DNA of 64,000 nt from Octopus sinensis (lineage: Eukaryota). Shown here in pieces: positions 52,447-64,000 of this stretch. Every line of letters begins with the position of its first letter. The first letter of the stretch is position 1. The notes under the pieces were generated by a model. It was given only the letters and a program-made list of their open reading frames with translations. It searched no databases and was not told where the DNA came from. Where the stretch lies: the NCBI RefSeq assembly GCF_006345805.1, contig NC_043008.1, positions 7,192,001 to 7,256,000 on the forward strand, written 5' to 3'. The translations under genes and the position numbers were made by a program.

Positions 52447-53474
52447 ATATATATATATATATATAATATACGTGTGTGCATGTATGTATTCTGAGAGAGA
52501 GAAGAGTCAGACACAGTAATGTTGTGGCTTGGCTAATTCTAATTAAGAGCGACATTTAAAAATGAAATTTATAAAAGAAAATCAATACTCGATAACTAAA
52601 ATCATTTCCGTCCGCCTGCATATTTATTTTTGCTTACTATTCTAATCTGCATACATTAAATATATTAACATAAATTTATCTTTAGTCCAATAAACTTATT
52701 GTTTCAGAAGATACATCCACGGTTCCGCCGGATATATACCAGAGCTCAACATCGTTACCATTTACTAGTTAGGTGTCGTTTGCTCTCTTTTTTTTTGTTA
52801 CAACACTAAAATTGTTTTAGAGCAAAGATAGAAATACAATGTAATATGAAATTAATTCCCATTCTGTATGTTATGTCACGTAATATTCTATAAATGGTAA
52901 CTGAAAAATGTGTTAATTGTTCTGGAGATTGACTGGTACTCCTCTACATATACGTACACATGTTTGCACCTGTTTACCTACCTACATCCAATTTCTCTCT
53001 CTTTTCTTCACACGTACACGCCAATATATTTCTAAATATAATGCAAGAAATAGTATATAATTACAAATAATTTCATAGGAGACTTTAAAAGACAATCATC
53101 TTTGTCATACAGGCCGGACGAACATCTACAATCAAATGTCTGAACGTTAATTGCTTAACTTTGCAAACGAATTATTAGCAAAGAAGTGCTAGCTCAATAC
53201 ATTCTCTATACCAATATATGAAGATAAATTTCCGTATAACTATATGTGTATATATACGTGTGAATTTGTTTTCCAGCATGGTTCTGGCTTCAGTCCTACT
53301 ACCTGCCGCCTTGAGAAAGTAACATCTGCTATAGCTTTACGGAGAAAAATTTAGGTTTAAATCAGTGTTTCTCAAAGGGGAGGCCTATGGGACAGTCGGA
53401 CAAGCTGTTTTAAGAAAATTTAGTTTAAGTGTTTGACAACTCAGCAACGTCCATTGGACGGGAGGCGTTTTGCT

Positions 53475-53515
<41 letters not shown>

Positions 53516-53621
53516 ATATATAATTATATCTATATCTATATGTACATACATATATACATATGTATGTGTGTATGATTGTGTTTGTCTTTGTCCTCCCTCC
53601 CAACACTTGACAAGCAGTGTG

Positions 53622-53661
<40 letters not shown>

Positions 53662-55106
53662 CATACATATGTATATATACATATATTTATATATATACAT
53701 ATATATCTAAGATATATACGTATATATATTATATATTATATAATATATATATATATAATATGTATATATATATTTAGTACAGCTATTTGGAAAGTGTTCT
53801 GTGTTGATAAACCAACTGTTGCATCGTGCAAAACAAAAACCGTTTTCTTCAGGTGAATTCAGAGTAAAAAATAACTAACAACATTCTCTACGAAAATAAC
53901 GTAATGCAAGTTGACCCTCCCATCTAGTTTACGGTTGAGAGAAAGACACACACATACACACACACGCGCGCGCGCGCGCAAATACACATACACACGCGCG
54001 CGGTGTGTTGTGTGTCGTTCTGTGTGTATGTGTGTCTGGCTGTGAACTACTACAGAATGGTTGCATGTAAGCCAATTACAATTCGAAGTTCTTCGATTAT
54101 TTTGATTTTCGAATTTCATATTTTTGCAATATTCTCATCGTTAGCTGAGAGCCTGATTCTATTAAAGATAACTCTTATGGAATGGTGTCGTTAAAGCGAA
54201 TGCTGCTAAAATTGCTTCTATATTTATCGCTTAATAGAAAGAATATCTCAAATAAATTGTATTATTATAATCCCCAACATTAACGGTATCATAACTTGTA
54301 ATTTGCATTACACCCACATTTTCTCGGACACTTCGAATTTGTCTTGCAATATCCATCGTATACGAACGTATAGTAAATAAAAAAAATATTCTTTGCGACA
54401 GAAACATGTAAAATAGTTTTAACTCGTATGTAGTGATTCGTCACACGTAATTATACTTTCAGAATTGTTCAGAAGCAATTTTACTTTTATTAGTAAAATA
54501 TGTTTTGAATTTAAATGAAAAGAAACAAGCATTTAAACGTTAAAATACGTACATCACGCGTTTTTTTTGTGTTTCTATAAGCACTGGAAATAATCCAGTA
54601 TGTTTTTGTTATCTGTATACGCTATAAATATTTTTATAATGATATACACAGTTAAAAACAGAATCTATGTATTTATATCTATATAACTAATTTTCAGATA
54701 TTTATCTTCATTACGTGAATTACAAGCGGTGGTGAAGCTCAATCACAATATGAGCTTGTAATCTTCAGAGCACCATCTATTAACTTCTCTCTCCCTCTCT
54801 TTCTTTCTCTGTATATATATTGTTATGGAATATTCTGTTACGGACATTGTAAAGCATGGCATAAAGCTCATCCACTTTCTGATTTCACACTGTGCTATGC
54901 AGTGGTAATATTATGAATACACCCAGGTTTGCGTTTGGGTAGCTTTTGTGCGTGAATACATAAATGAAAAGATGTTGACTCCAAACGTTTTCAATGATAT
55001 ACTCTCTCTCTCTCTCTCTATATAATATATATATATTATATATATATATTATATGTTGTTAGTGTGGGTGCGTGTGCGTGTATGTGTATGTGTGAGTGTG
55101 TATGTG

Positions 55107-55151
<45 letters not shown>

Positions 55152-55234
55152 TACTTGCTTTATATTATTTATTGATTGATATTTTTATGTTTCAGCTTCT
55201 GTACGTGACTGTTTAATCATGCCATATATAAAAG

Positions 55235-55630
55235 AAGCCTTGGAAGTGTCTGAATTTCGAAGTGGCCGTATTGTGGGTCATTCAAGAATTTGATGTGAAA
55301 AAATTGCAGCCAATAATAAAACACGACAGCTCTTTTCTGATGGTGTGGGGGTCAATTTGGAGCAATGTTCATTTGCGCTGATGGTGTGTGATGGAAACAT
55401 AATCTCAGATAAATATATATCTATATTGCAGAAAGGACTCCTTCCAATCTTCTCCAGTGGTGAAATGATTATAGAAGATACTTTCTTTATGGAGAATGGG
55501 GCTCCTTGTGACACGGTTAAAATGACTCAAGTTTTGTTGGCTGAGAATGACATTAGAAAGCTTTCATGGCCAAGCAAGTCACCAGATATGGACCCTATTG
55601 TACACCTCTCGGACATAATAGACATGACAC
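55235..55630 (+). mobile_element. Tc1 (DD34E) transposase remnant, internally deleted, catalytic D>N and E>V
   Basis: EVSEFRSGRIVG then LMVWG...FMENGAPCDT...WPSKSPDMDPIVHL with 34-residue spacing. Confidence 0.9.
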
Positions 55631-56198
55631 CCCATAAAACGAACTAGAAAATATCTTCAAAGCCAGATCCTTTGAGATTACTGCATGAAACTTGGCAAGA
55701 AATTCGGAAGTGAATATTCGTCATCTGATCAGCAACATACTTAATAGGGTCCTTCCATAAAAAAATACAGGGAGAAGTATACTAAATATTAAATATTCAC
55801 ATTATAACAATTAATAATGAATTTGAATGTATAATATCAGATTTAAATAAATTTTAATGATTATAAGGTTGTCTATTTACTTCTACTATGTGTGTGTGTG
55901 TGTGTGTGAGTGTGCAATGTATAGAAGGAGTTATAATTCATGCTGTGACCTGCACTTTCCAGCAATCCAAAGAATGTCTATAGATGTTATTTTTTAAAAA
56001 TGAGGCCGACATACCAGGTGAAAGTTCTGGTGAATCATATTTGCAGAGTAGGTAAGTATATATTACAAAGAAGAAACAAACGAATATACCAAATTGTTTA
56101 AATACATATTCATGCAGACGAACACACACAAACACCAAAACACACACACACATACATACATACATACAAACAAACAAACATACATACATACATGTATG

Positions 56199-56231
<33 letters not shown>

Positions 56232-56278
56232 TATACATACATATATATATATATTATATATACGTATATACATATATA

Positions 56279-56443
<165 letters not shown>

Positions 56444-57279
56444 ATATGAGTAAGTGCAGAAACGAAAGAGAGAGCACTCAAGACATTGATGTATTATTCA
56501 AAACAGTTTGATTCCGATTCCGTGCTACATTATGTTTCAAAGCCTCTACCTGGTTCTTTCCCGTTGATATTATAAAGCGATAGCTTTATTTAAAGTACAG
56601 TCAACAACATTGGCTGATTGGAAACTGGCGTAAGAATCGTCTGTTACACAGAGAGAGTACTGCAAGGAGATCCTTAGAAAATAGTACGAAGTATTAATGT
56701 GACTTTTCAAGTATGCAACAAACGACTGCCAGTTTCAGTAAAATTTCACGATTCTGATCAGCAGCAGACGATGGAGAGTAAATTAATTATAAGGAAAGAA
56801 AATGAATGAGAAGTGCCCTAAAATGTTCACAATGAAGACTTTAAGGAACAAAAGCAAGTAACATTAAAAAATAGAAGGGTTAGAAATGAAAAAAGAAACA
56901 CAAGTTTACGGTTGAAAGGAAATATTCAGAGAGCACAAAACATGAAGTTTTGAGAACGATACATACATACATACATATATACATACATACATACATACAT
57001 ACATACATACATACAATGACACATGCATACATAGAGGCGTACATGCATGCATACATTCATGCGTACGTACATACAAACATAAATTGAATGAGACATACGT
57101 ATATACATACATACACGTGTGTTCGTGTTCCTGTATGTGTGTGTGTTTCGTAGTACAATATGAAGAGCATCTGATTCGCAGAAGACAAAGAAATGCAAAT
57201 ATTAATGAAAATAGAAATGCAAAAGTTGATATGTAATAGATTGAACGATAGGTTTTAAGAAGATATGCTTTGTCATTTC

Positions 57280-58900
57280 TATGGGATTACAATATCGCAC
57301 TGTCAGACATCTTTTATCAGTGCGCCGCTTCGATGATAAATTCAATAACTGCTGTCAGAAAGACAACATAATATTGCCTGAGTAAAGAGAAATACCATTT
57401 TGTGTTAGTAATTGAATGAACAAGACAAGGAACTCTGATAATAATGTCTTCAATGACATCAGATTTTGTTACTCCGTAATTTTCTAAGTAGCACGATTAC
57501 CTCACCTATTTTAGGCTCAGATTTTGAGGCTGTGTTATCTTCTAGTTTGTGGTTAAATGTATACATCGTACCGGCAATTAGTATCTTATTGGGAGAAAAA
57601 TTCGACATTTTGCCCACTTCCGCTTGTATGTATTTGGATTGAAAAGGGCCCTGATATTTGACTTGAGCATGAAAGTATTGAACCCTGCATCTTCCAGGCT
57701 TTATTAAGTTAATTCACGACAGCAAAAATTGTTTAAGACTTCGCATAAGATATGCCAGGAAAAGCTATGATAACTATCAAGAAGGAATAGAACATAATAT
57801 TCCAGCAATGGTGTTATATATGGCGTTGAAAAGAAAACGATAGAATTACCGAAAAAGTTATAAATTTCTAACAATTAAAGAAGATGCAAATTCTATAGAA
57901 AAACTGATGGAGAGCAGCGTCTGCATGTGACTTTCATGTCTGCTACGAAATCAGAAAACCCAGATACTTAGCACTAATGATAACCCAATGACTTGTATAT
58001 CAATTTATTCCTACGAAGACAGGAACCAATATTGAAAATTAATCCTGAACTCAATAACAACAATTGTTGTACCAATATTGATATGTTTGAATAAGTTTAC
58101 CGAAACATCAGTAAAAGTTGAATACAATAGACTTGTTCAAACTGAGGCGAATGCTTCGGATTATATGATATATATCAATCGGTCCATCTCTCAGAGTTGA
58201 ACAACATCCTAGACATAGTGATCAAATGATTAATGTTGCTTTTGATGTGAGATCTCATGTAAGGGCATATAGGTACTTTGCCAGCAACATTATAAGAAGA
58301 TCAAAGGAAAAAATCTTACAGTGATATTGTATCTAAGGTGAGAATATCTGGGAAGTCAAATTTATTTACCACTATTACACATACAATACTTACTGGGATG
58401 AAATTAAGGTTAATCTCTTTGTTGGACAATTCCCTTCAAACAGACCAGATAAAATCGCCAGATTCTTTAAAATAAAATTATAAGAATTATCGATAGATAT
58501 CTTTGAAAATGGTATTCTAACATTTTCAAGAAATGAGAATGCCTAATACTCCTATTGTGTTCGTCTTGGACAAAGAAAATAATTTCATAAGGAAGGAAAA
58601 AGAGAAAATGTAATATACGAAGAAAATACCTGATCTGTGTGGTGAGTAAATATTTAAGGAAACTGTTAGGAAATGCAGGATTCTCTGTCCCAGTGGAAAT
58701 ATATATTCTGTTGTACCATGATGCACAGAATATAATAAATGGAGTTAAAGTTACTTTAGGGATTTCAAGGAGCAAATATGTGAAAATTGGCAACCATGCA
58801 GTTGACAGCAGATAGATTCGTAGAATTCATCCATAAGTCATAGAAAAACTGATTCAAATATGAAAATAGCTATAATCTGGGTACTATTGAATTTCGGATA
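57280..58900 (+). mobile_element. Heavily decayed Helitron Rep remnant
   Basis: In the expected order: FNNCCQKDNIILP (57341), KVEYNRL (~58114), GKSNLFTTIT, WDEIKVNLFVGQFPSNRPDKIARFFKIKL (58394), FQEMRMPNTPIVFVL (~58524, cf. FQKRGLPHAHIL). Confidence 0.7.
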
Positions 58901-59227
58901 AAGTGGAATTCCCATGGGGCTACTTGGTAGCTGCTCCTGTTGGTTTGGGTTTCTAATGCAAAAAATAATTGCTTCTAAATATTACAAATAAAGTTTTCTG
59001 CAGAAAAATATATTTATAAACAAAAAATTCTCAATAAAAATAAAATAAAGGCTTGTACAGCAGGCTTTAATATAAGGTATTGGGTAGACTAGAGAGAAAT
59101 AAGCAGTAGAGTGTATAGCGCAATCTGTTACGGACTGGAGTGTGAGCGAATACAAAAGAATACAATGGAATAGTAAAAGATTTGCATGCATATTTTAAGA
59201 GGATCAGTTAAGGGTGATTTGGGGTCG

Positions 59228-59335
59228 ACCTCGGAATCTTGGGGTTAGTAGCCCGCGCGCTTAACCCCTATGCCACATTCCCGTGGGTATATGGCGTAGT
59301 GGTTATCCGTCGAATGTAAATAATGTAAATAATGT
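59228..59335. mobile_element. Family E head-to-head inverted dimer with a large internal deletion
   Basis: Arms 59262-59282 and 59285-59305 (17/21) around CCCGTGGG, then a jump to the family E tail AATGTAAATAATGTAAATAATGT. Confidence 0.75.
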
Positions 59336-59439
59336 GCCCTAAAAACCAAGCCACGCGCCTTCACCTTCACATATAATATATATCGATTAAATACATTTGT
59401 GTAATTGATACATTGGACGTAACATAGTGAGGTATGGCA

Positions 59440-60000
59440 TCCACATAAGTGGCAGACTGTAAAAGGGAGAGTTAGTCGTGGGGTGGCACCTCGGGAAGGT
59501 GCCAGTGACCCATCAGCCTCCCATGGTTTCGGTGAAGACGTCGGCGGATAAATGTTGAATAATCTACAAGTACGGAGAGTTATAGATCAACGACTTCCGT
59601 ACAAGCGAAAGATCTATACTATCAGACAACGGTTGGGTATCAACAGTAAAGTGACCTGCTACTTCGGGGCACCACCACCGGCAACCAAGCTCATTATAAT
59701 CTTAAACACCACAAGGTACTTGGAGTGAATATCCACAGTGACAGTTCAGTGGGGGAGACGACGCCAACTACCTTACATACCGTCGAAGACGTTACGTTCA
59801 GAGAAGTGGCGATGGACTGAATGTGACGGTAACCAGAAGCTGCTGCCAAGAACTCTTCACACAGGCGACTGGCTCTCAGCAGTCGTGTTCAGTGCTGTAC
59901 CCTGAGCAACAACAGGCTAAGGCAGCAGAGATGATTTCTCAACATTACAGTTAACGTCCACCAACGACAGACTGCCAACGACGACGTCGTCGCATAGTGT
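59440..60000 (+). other. GC-richer structured segment, possibly a LINE 5'UTR, containing a pseudoknot
   Basis: Hairpin GGCACCT/AGGTGCC (59485-59503) and two interleaved helices at 59570-59618. Confidence 0.35.
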
Positions 60001-60244
60001 TTATACGAAATTAAAGGAGCTCTCTGCCGTCGCTTCCTTTTTCCATAGCAAAATCTCCATTTTTTAGCAACTTTCTGTCACTATTTTCCGAATATGAACT
60101 GCACGTTGAGCAAGTGTATGTGATCGGGTCATTGTGGTTGTGAAATCTGTGTAGATTTCTTATGTGGAATCGTTCTGGAATGAATATACTGAGTGACTAT
60201 AATTAGACAGATTTAATGGGATTTAACACACACACACACACATA

Positions 60245-60500
60245 CACACACACACACAAATACACAAACAAAAAAATACACACAAAAAAACACACACACA
60301 CAAACACACACGCGCACACAAACACACACACACAAACACACACGCACATACAAATACACACAAACACAAATACACACACACACACAAATACACAAACAAA
60401 AAAATACACACAAAAAAACACACACACACAAACACACACGCGCACACAAACACACACACACAAACACACACGAACATACAAACAAATACAAACACAAATA
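60245..60500. repeat. 128-bp tandem duplication of an imperfect (CA)n tract
   Basis: AAATACACAAACAAAAAAATAC recurs at 60258 and 60386. Confidence 0.9.
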
Positions 60501-60845
60501 CTCACACACACACATACACACACATAGGTGCGTTGGGGATTAACAGAGTGCAAATAGAATTGTGACTGGTTAAATTCCCCGTAATTTGTATAAATACACT
60601 TAATTAATAAAGTTTTCAGTATGAATTATTTGCTGGTTCTGTTTAAACACGACACAAAAATAATTTGTGGCATGGTGTCAAAACTGACATAAATACGAAA
60701 ATTGAGATTTAGAACAAAAAAAAATACATTAATTAGAAATCCGCATTTGCCACACGCAGGCGCAACAGTACAGCTCGACTCGAATTATGATCAATTTTTT
60801 TTTGTTTCACTTCGTGATGAGAGGTTTAAAAAACATAATCATAGT

Positions 60846-61260
60846 CGCAGGAGTGGCTGTATGGTAAGTCGCTTTCTTAGCAACCACATTGTTCTGAGTT
60901 CAGTCCCACTGCGTGGCACCTTGGTCAAGTGTCTTCTGCTGTAGCCTCAGGCCAACCAAAGCCTTGTGAATGGATTTGGTAGACGGAAACTGAAAGAAGC
61001 CCGTCATATATATGTATTTATATATGAGTGTGTTTGTGTGTGTATGTTTGTGTGCCTGTGTTTTACCCCCACCAGTGCTTGACAACCGATGTTGGTGTCT
61101 TTACGTCCCCGTAAATTAGCGGTGCGGCAGAAGAGTACGATAGGATTTACTAGGCGTACGAAGAATAAGTCTTGGAGTCGATTTGTTCGACCACAGGCAG
61201 TGCTCCAGCATGGCCGTAGTGAAATGACTGAAACAAGTAAAAGAATAGATAAAATAAAAT
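60846..61260 (+). mobile_element. SINE family D, full length, with internal microsatellite
   Basis: A box TGGCTGTATGG, B box GAGTTCAGTCC, GGCACCTTGGTCAAGTG, tail CCAGCATGGCC...TGACTGAAAC. Confidence 0.9.
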
Positions 61261-61659
61261 ATATAAATAAAATTGCTTAAGGTTTGAGGATTTTTACTAA
61301 TGTTAAATGTAATTTTTTGTATCAGAAATCGCACAAAATAAATGAAACCAAACAAAGTTTGACGATTTTTGCGGATGATTACGTCTTTCATCTTTCATAG
61401 AAAACTGTTAATCCCCAACATTTTCCTCCCGTCATGTTATAGAAGTCTCTGGACATGGCTTCATTTGTATGCAGCCATCTCATGACCCTGGACGATCCGA
61501 GTGTTTACATGTCTTCTTTTTATACGTGCCCACAAAATTGTTTTCTACTCTAGGCACAAAGCCAGAAATTTCCGGTCAGGGGCCCAGTCGATTAGATCGA
61601 CCACAACATGCAACAGGTACTTAATTTACATACTTTCAAAGATTAGTCGGAGATGAATT

Positions 61660-61890
61660 TTAATATGAGAATATCTGAAATAACCTCGACTATTCTCACA
61701 AACGAGAATACTAAAAATGAACCCGACTGCTCTCAAAAAAAAAATTAAGTAAAAAAAGAACGGAAAAATCATGTAGAATCTTTGTCCGGTACCAGATCGA
61801 TTCCAAAATCTAAGCAGTTCGTGTAGGTAAAAATAAATTCTGTTAAGTTTCAGATGTGAAAAACACTTTTCAGTCAATTTCATTTGCTGT
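61660..61890 (-). mobile_element. Partial, older copy of the HINE-like element
   Basis: Aligns to 63645-63830 (CTCACAAACGAGAATACTAAAAATGAAC.CGACTGCTCTCAAAAAA). Confidence 0.8.
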
Positions 61891-63072
61891 GTACATGCAC
61901 AAAATCATTGTTGAACTCCATTTGTGATAGTCTGTTTAAGGTTCTCTCATTCTGAAATTAAGGAAAGAAAGAAATATCATTTGCAAGAAGCATATTTTAA
62001 ACGAGATCTTTGAGGCAGAAGGAGGTTCAATACCCAAGGAACTTACCTGAGAATTTAATTAAAGTAATAAAGAAAGGTATGTAAAAGATAACTTATTTTG
62101 GTTATACTTTGGTGTCGGTAGACGACATCATTCACCCACGGAACCTTTTCCTGTAATGTTGATAAAAACACTGAAACAGAGGGTGACTGCGTCGTTTCTT
62201 CATAACAAAATTGTGAAGACAAATACCGAAGGAAGCCCTTAATTTGATACAAAATATCTGTGTACATTTCTGTCGGCATTCGTGTTCTTTCTCAGGTGTG
62301 TGCGCGCGTTCACAAACACACACGCCCTCCCCCCCGCCACGCACACACACACACACAAATGCGTGCACGCACACACATACACACACACACAGAGGTTTGC
62401 TGCAGGTCAACATAGTATAAATACACATAATTAACGAAGTTTTCGGTTCAAATTATTTGCTGTCTCTGTATAAACACAACACGAAAATAATTTGTGGCAT
62501 GGCATCAAAATTGAAATAGATATGGAAAGCTGAGATTTAGAAGAAAAAAAAAAGAAAAGTGTCGTTATGCCGAGGAAAAAACATTTTGCAGACACTTAGC
62601 TGGGGGTTTCTGATGAGGGCTTGATATTATTTCGTCTGCTGTTTCAGGAGATATTTACACATGGCCAGACGAACATATCCAATATATAAACCATCCGAAG
62701 TCTTGTGCATCTAAAAAGCGGGAATGAATGGGGAGTGGTGGCCATGGATGTTTTCAAAAAACATAAAAAATTTCCAAACATATTTTTTCCAGATTGTTAA
62801 TCACCTTATTTTTCCACGTGGATTAAAGCAAATATTCAAAAAGAGAAAAATATAAAAATTAAAAACTAAAATTTTGAAAAGATATTTTCTTTTCTTTTGT
62901 TGTTGTTGTTGTTGTTTTCTTGGCAAGATCGTAATCTCCGATATCGAAGACTTTGGAATCCGAAGAAATTTTTGAAAGAATTTGGGGTCGGGATCGGGTA
63001 GGAGACACCCGACCACCGGCCAAATGTTTATGCATACGTGTATTTTAATATTTATAAAGAACATAATTAATG

Positions 63073-63108
<36 letters not shown>

Positions 63109-63565
63109 CAGAAAAAACTCGTTTCGCAAGGGAACAAATATAAGACGAGACAAGACAAAAACAAAACAATTTTACCTGAACAAATACAAAAACAAGCAAA
63201 TAATCACCGAGTTTCAAACATCACTAAACAGTTATTTCCGGAAATGTATTTACCAAAATATCCTTAAGCGATTTGCAATATGAGAAAAAATATTTTAAAG
63301 AAAGAATCGGAAGCGGTGTTTCGTCATTATCTTAACTCTATACGCTCAGTCCTGTCTCATAATATCAACGTCCATGTTTTAATGACAGTTCATGCCGGAT
63401 CGGTCATTGCCCAGGGCAATAAGGGCCACTTTACCCAGTGCGGAACCAGAGTGGGGGCGAAAATTTTACTTCTGGAACAAACACGCAAAAAGATGATCTT
63501 CCAGGTACCCAGAACCAAGAAAATCATAATCGCATAATGACATCACTTAAAACAAAATATAAATA

Positions 63566-63929
63566 ATAAGAGCACTCAGGGAGTGCAAACCTTCGCCAAG
63601 GCAACACGAACGTCCTCTCAACGATTAGCCAGAGATGATTTTTAAAATGAGAATACCTGCAATAAACTCGAATACTCTCACAAACGAGAATACTAAAAAT
63701 GAACTCGACTGCTCTCAAAAAATATGTAAAAAATAAACGGGAAAATAATGCAGAATCCGGTACCAAATCGATCCCAAATTCTAAGGAGTTCGTTCTAGGC
63801 ACGAGGCCAAACATCTCTGAAAGTTTCATTTGAATCCATTCAGCGGTTCTTGAGATATCTTGTTCACGTAGAAGCAAACAAACACGACTGAAACAATACC
63901 TCCGCCTTCGTTGAAGCGGAGGTAATAAC
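63566..63929 (-). mobile_element. Helentron-associated non-autonomous element (HINE/DINE-1-like architecture)
   Basis: 5' TTATTACCTCCGC with hairpin 63897-63924, (GTTT)n, 3' subterminal repeat GGCGAAGGT and stem-loop GCACTC-CCT-GAGTGC (63572-63586). Confidence 0.75.
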
Positions 63930-64000
63930 TTCATTGTTTTAACGCACACTTCATGCTAAACTTTAACAGGCAATGAAGATCGAAGCCAGATAGATGACAA

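Larger units (their letters stand above)
60588..62550 (+). repeat. Two diverged direct copies (~60588-60722, ~62412-62550) of an old repeat, each following a CA-rich tract
   Basis: Shared TATAAATACAC...AATTATTTGCTG...AAAATAATTTGTGGCATGG...TGAGATTTAGAA. Confidence 0.75.

Noticed and set aside
62609-62650. CTGATGA motif (similar hits at 8474, 16363, 29192, 30259, 31305, 49114)
   Set aside because: No stem II closed by GAAA; expected chance occurrences
61277-63272. TTAA|GG...CC|TTAA as a Kolobok-like element
   Set aside because: No terminal inverted repeat beyond 2 bp

Overview
Eukaryotic, strongly AT-rich, microsatellite-saturated intronic or intergenic DNA. The SINE repertoire (tRNA-headed Nin/Deu-like and CORE-like families) points to a coleoid cephalopod, most likely Octopus; this is an inference from recognising the repeats. 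I cannot support any intact protein-coding gene. Almost all long ORFs in the track are microsatellite or SINE artefacts, and only a few weak exon candidates remain. The window is a graveyard of transposable elements: more than 25 SINE copies in at least 4 modular families; R4/Dong-clade non-LTR pieces (one old decayed ORF and four 3' ends, the latter sitting in (TAA)n); L1/Tx1 and RTE fragments; three internally deleted Tc1/mariner elements (DD34E, DD37D and one lacking its catalytic core); a decayed Helitron Rep; and a Helentron/HINE-type element. The most interesting signal is RNA structure. Four unrelated minimal type I hammerhead-ribozyme motifs lie between 33.1 and 39.4 kb. One has an intact core and sits in a tRNA-headed SINE-like element present three times in the window, so it may be an undescribed ribozyme-bearing (retrozyme- or Sm-alpha-like) family. 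Also notable are a 129-bp duplication flanking a SINE, a head-to-tail SINE multimer inside one TSD, a stack of TAA-targeted retroelements, and an HDV-like pseudoknot remnant. All calls are by eye, with no database searches or folding software.
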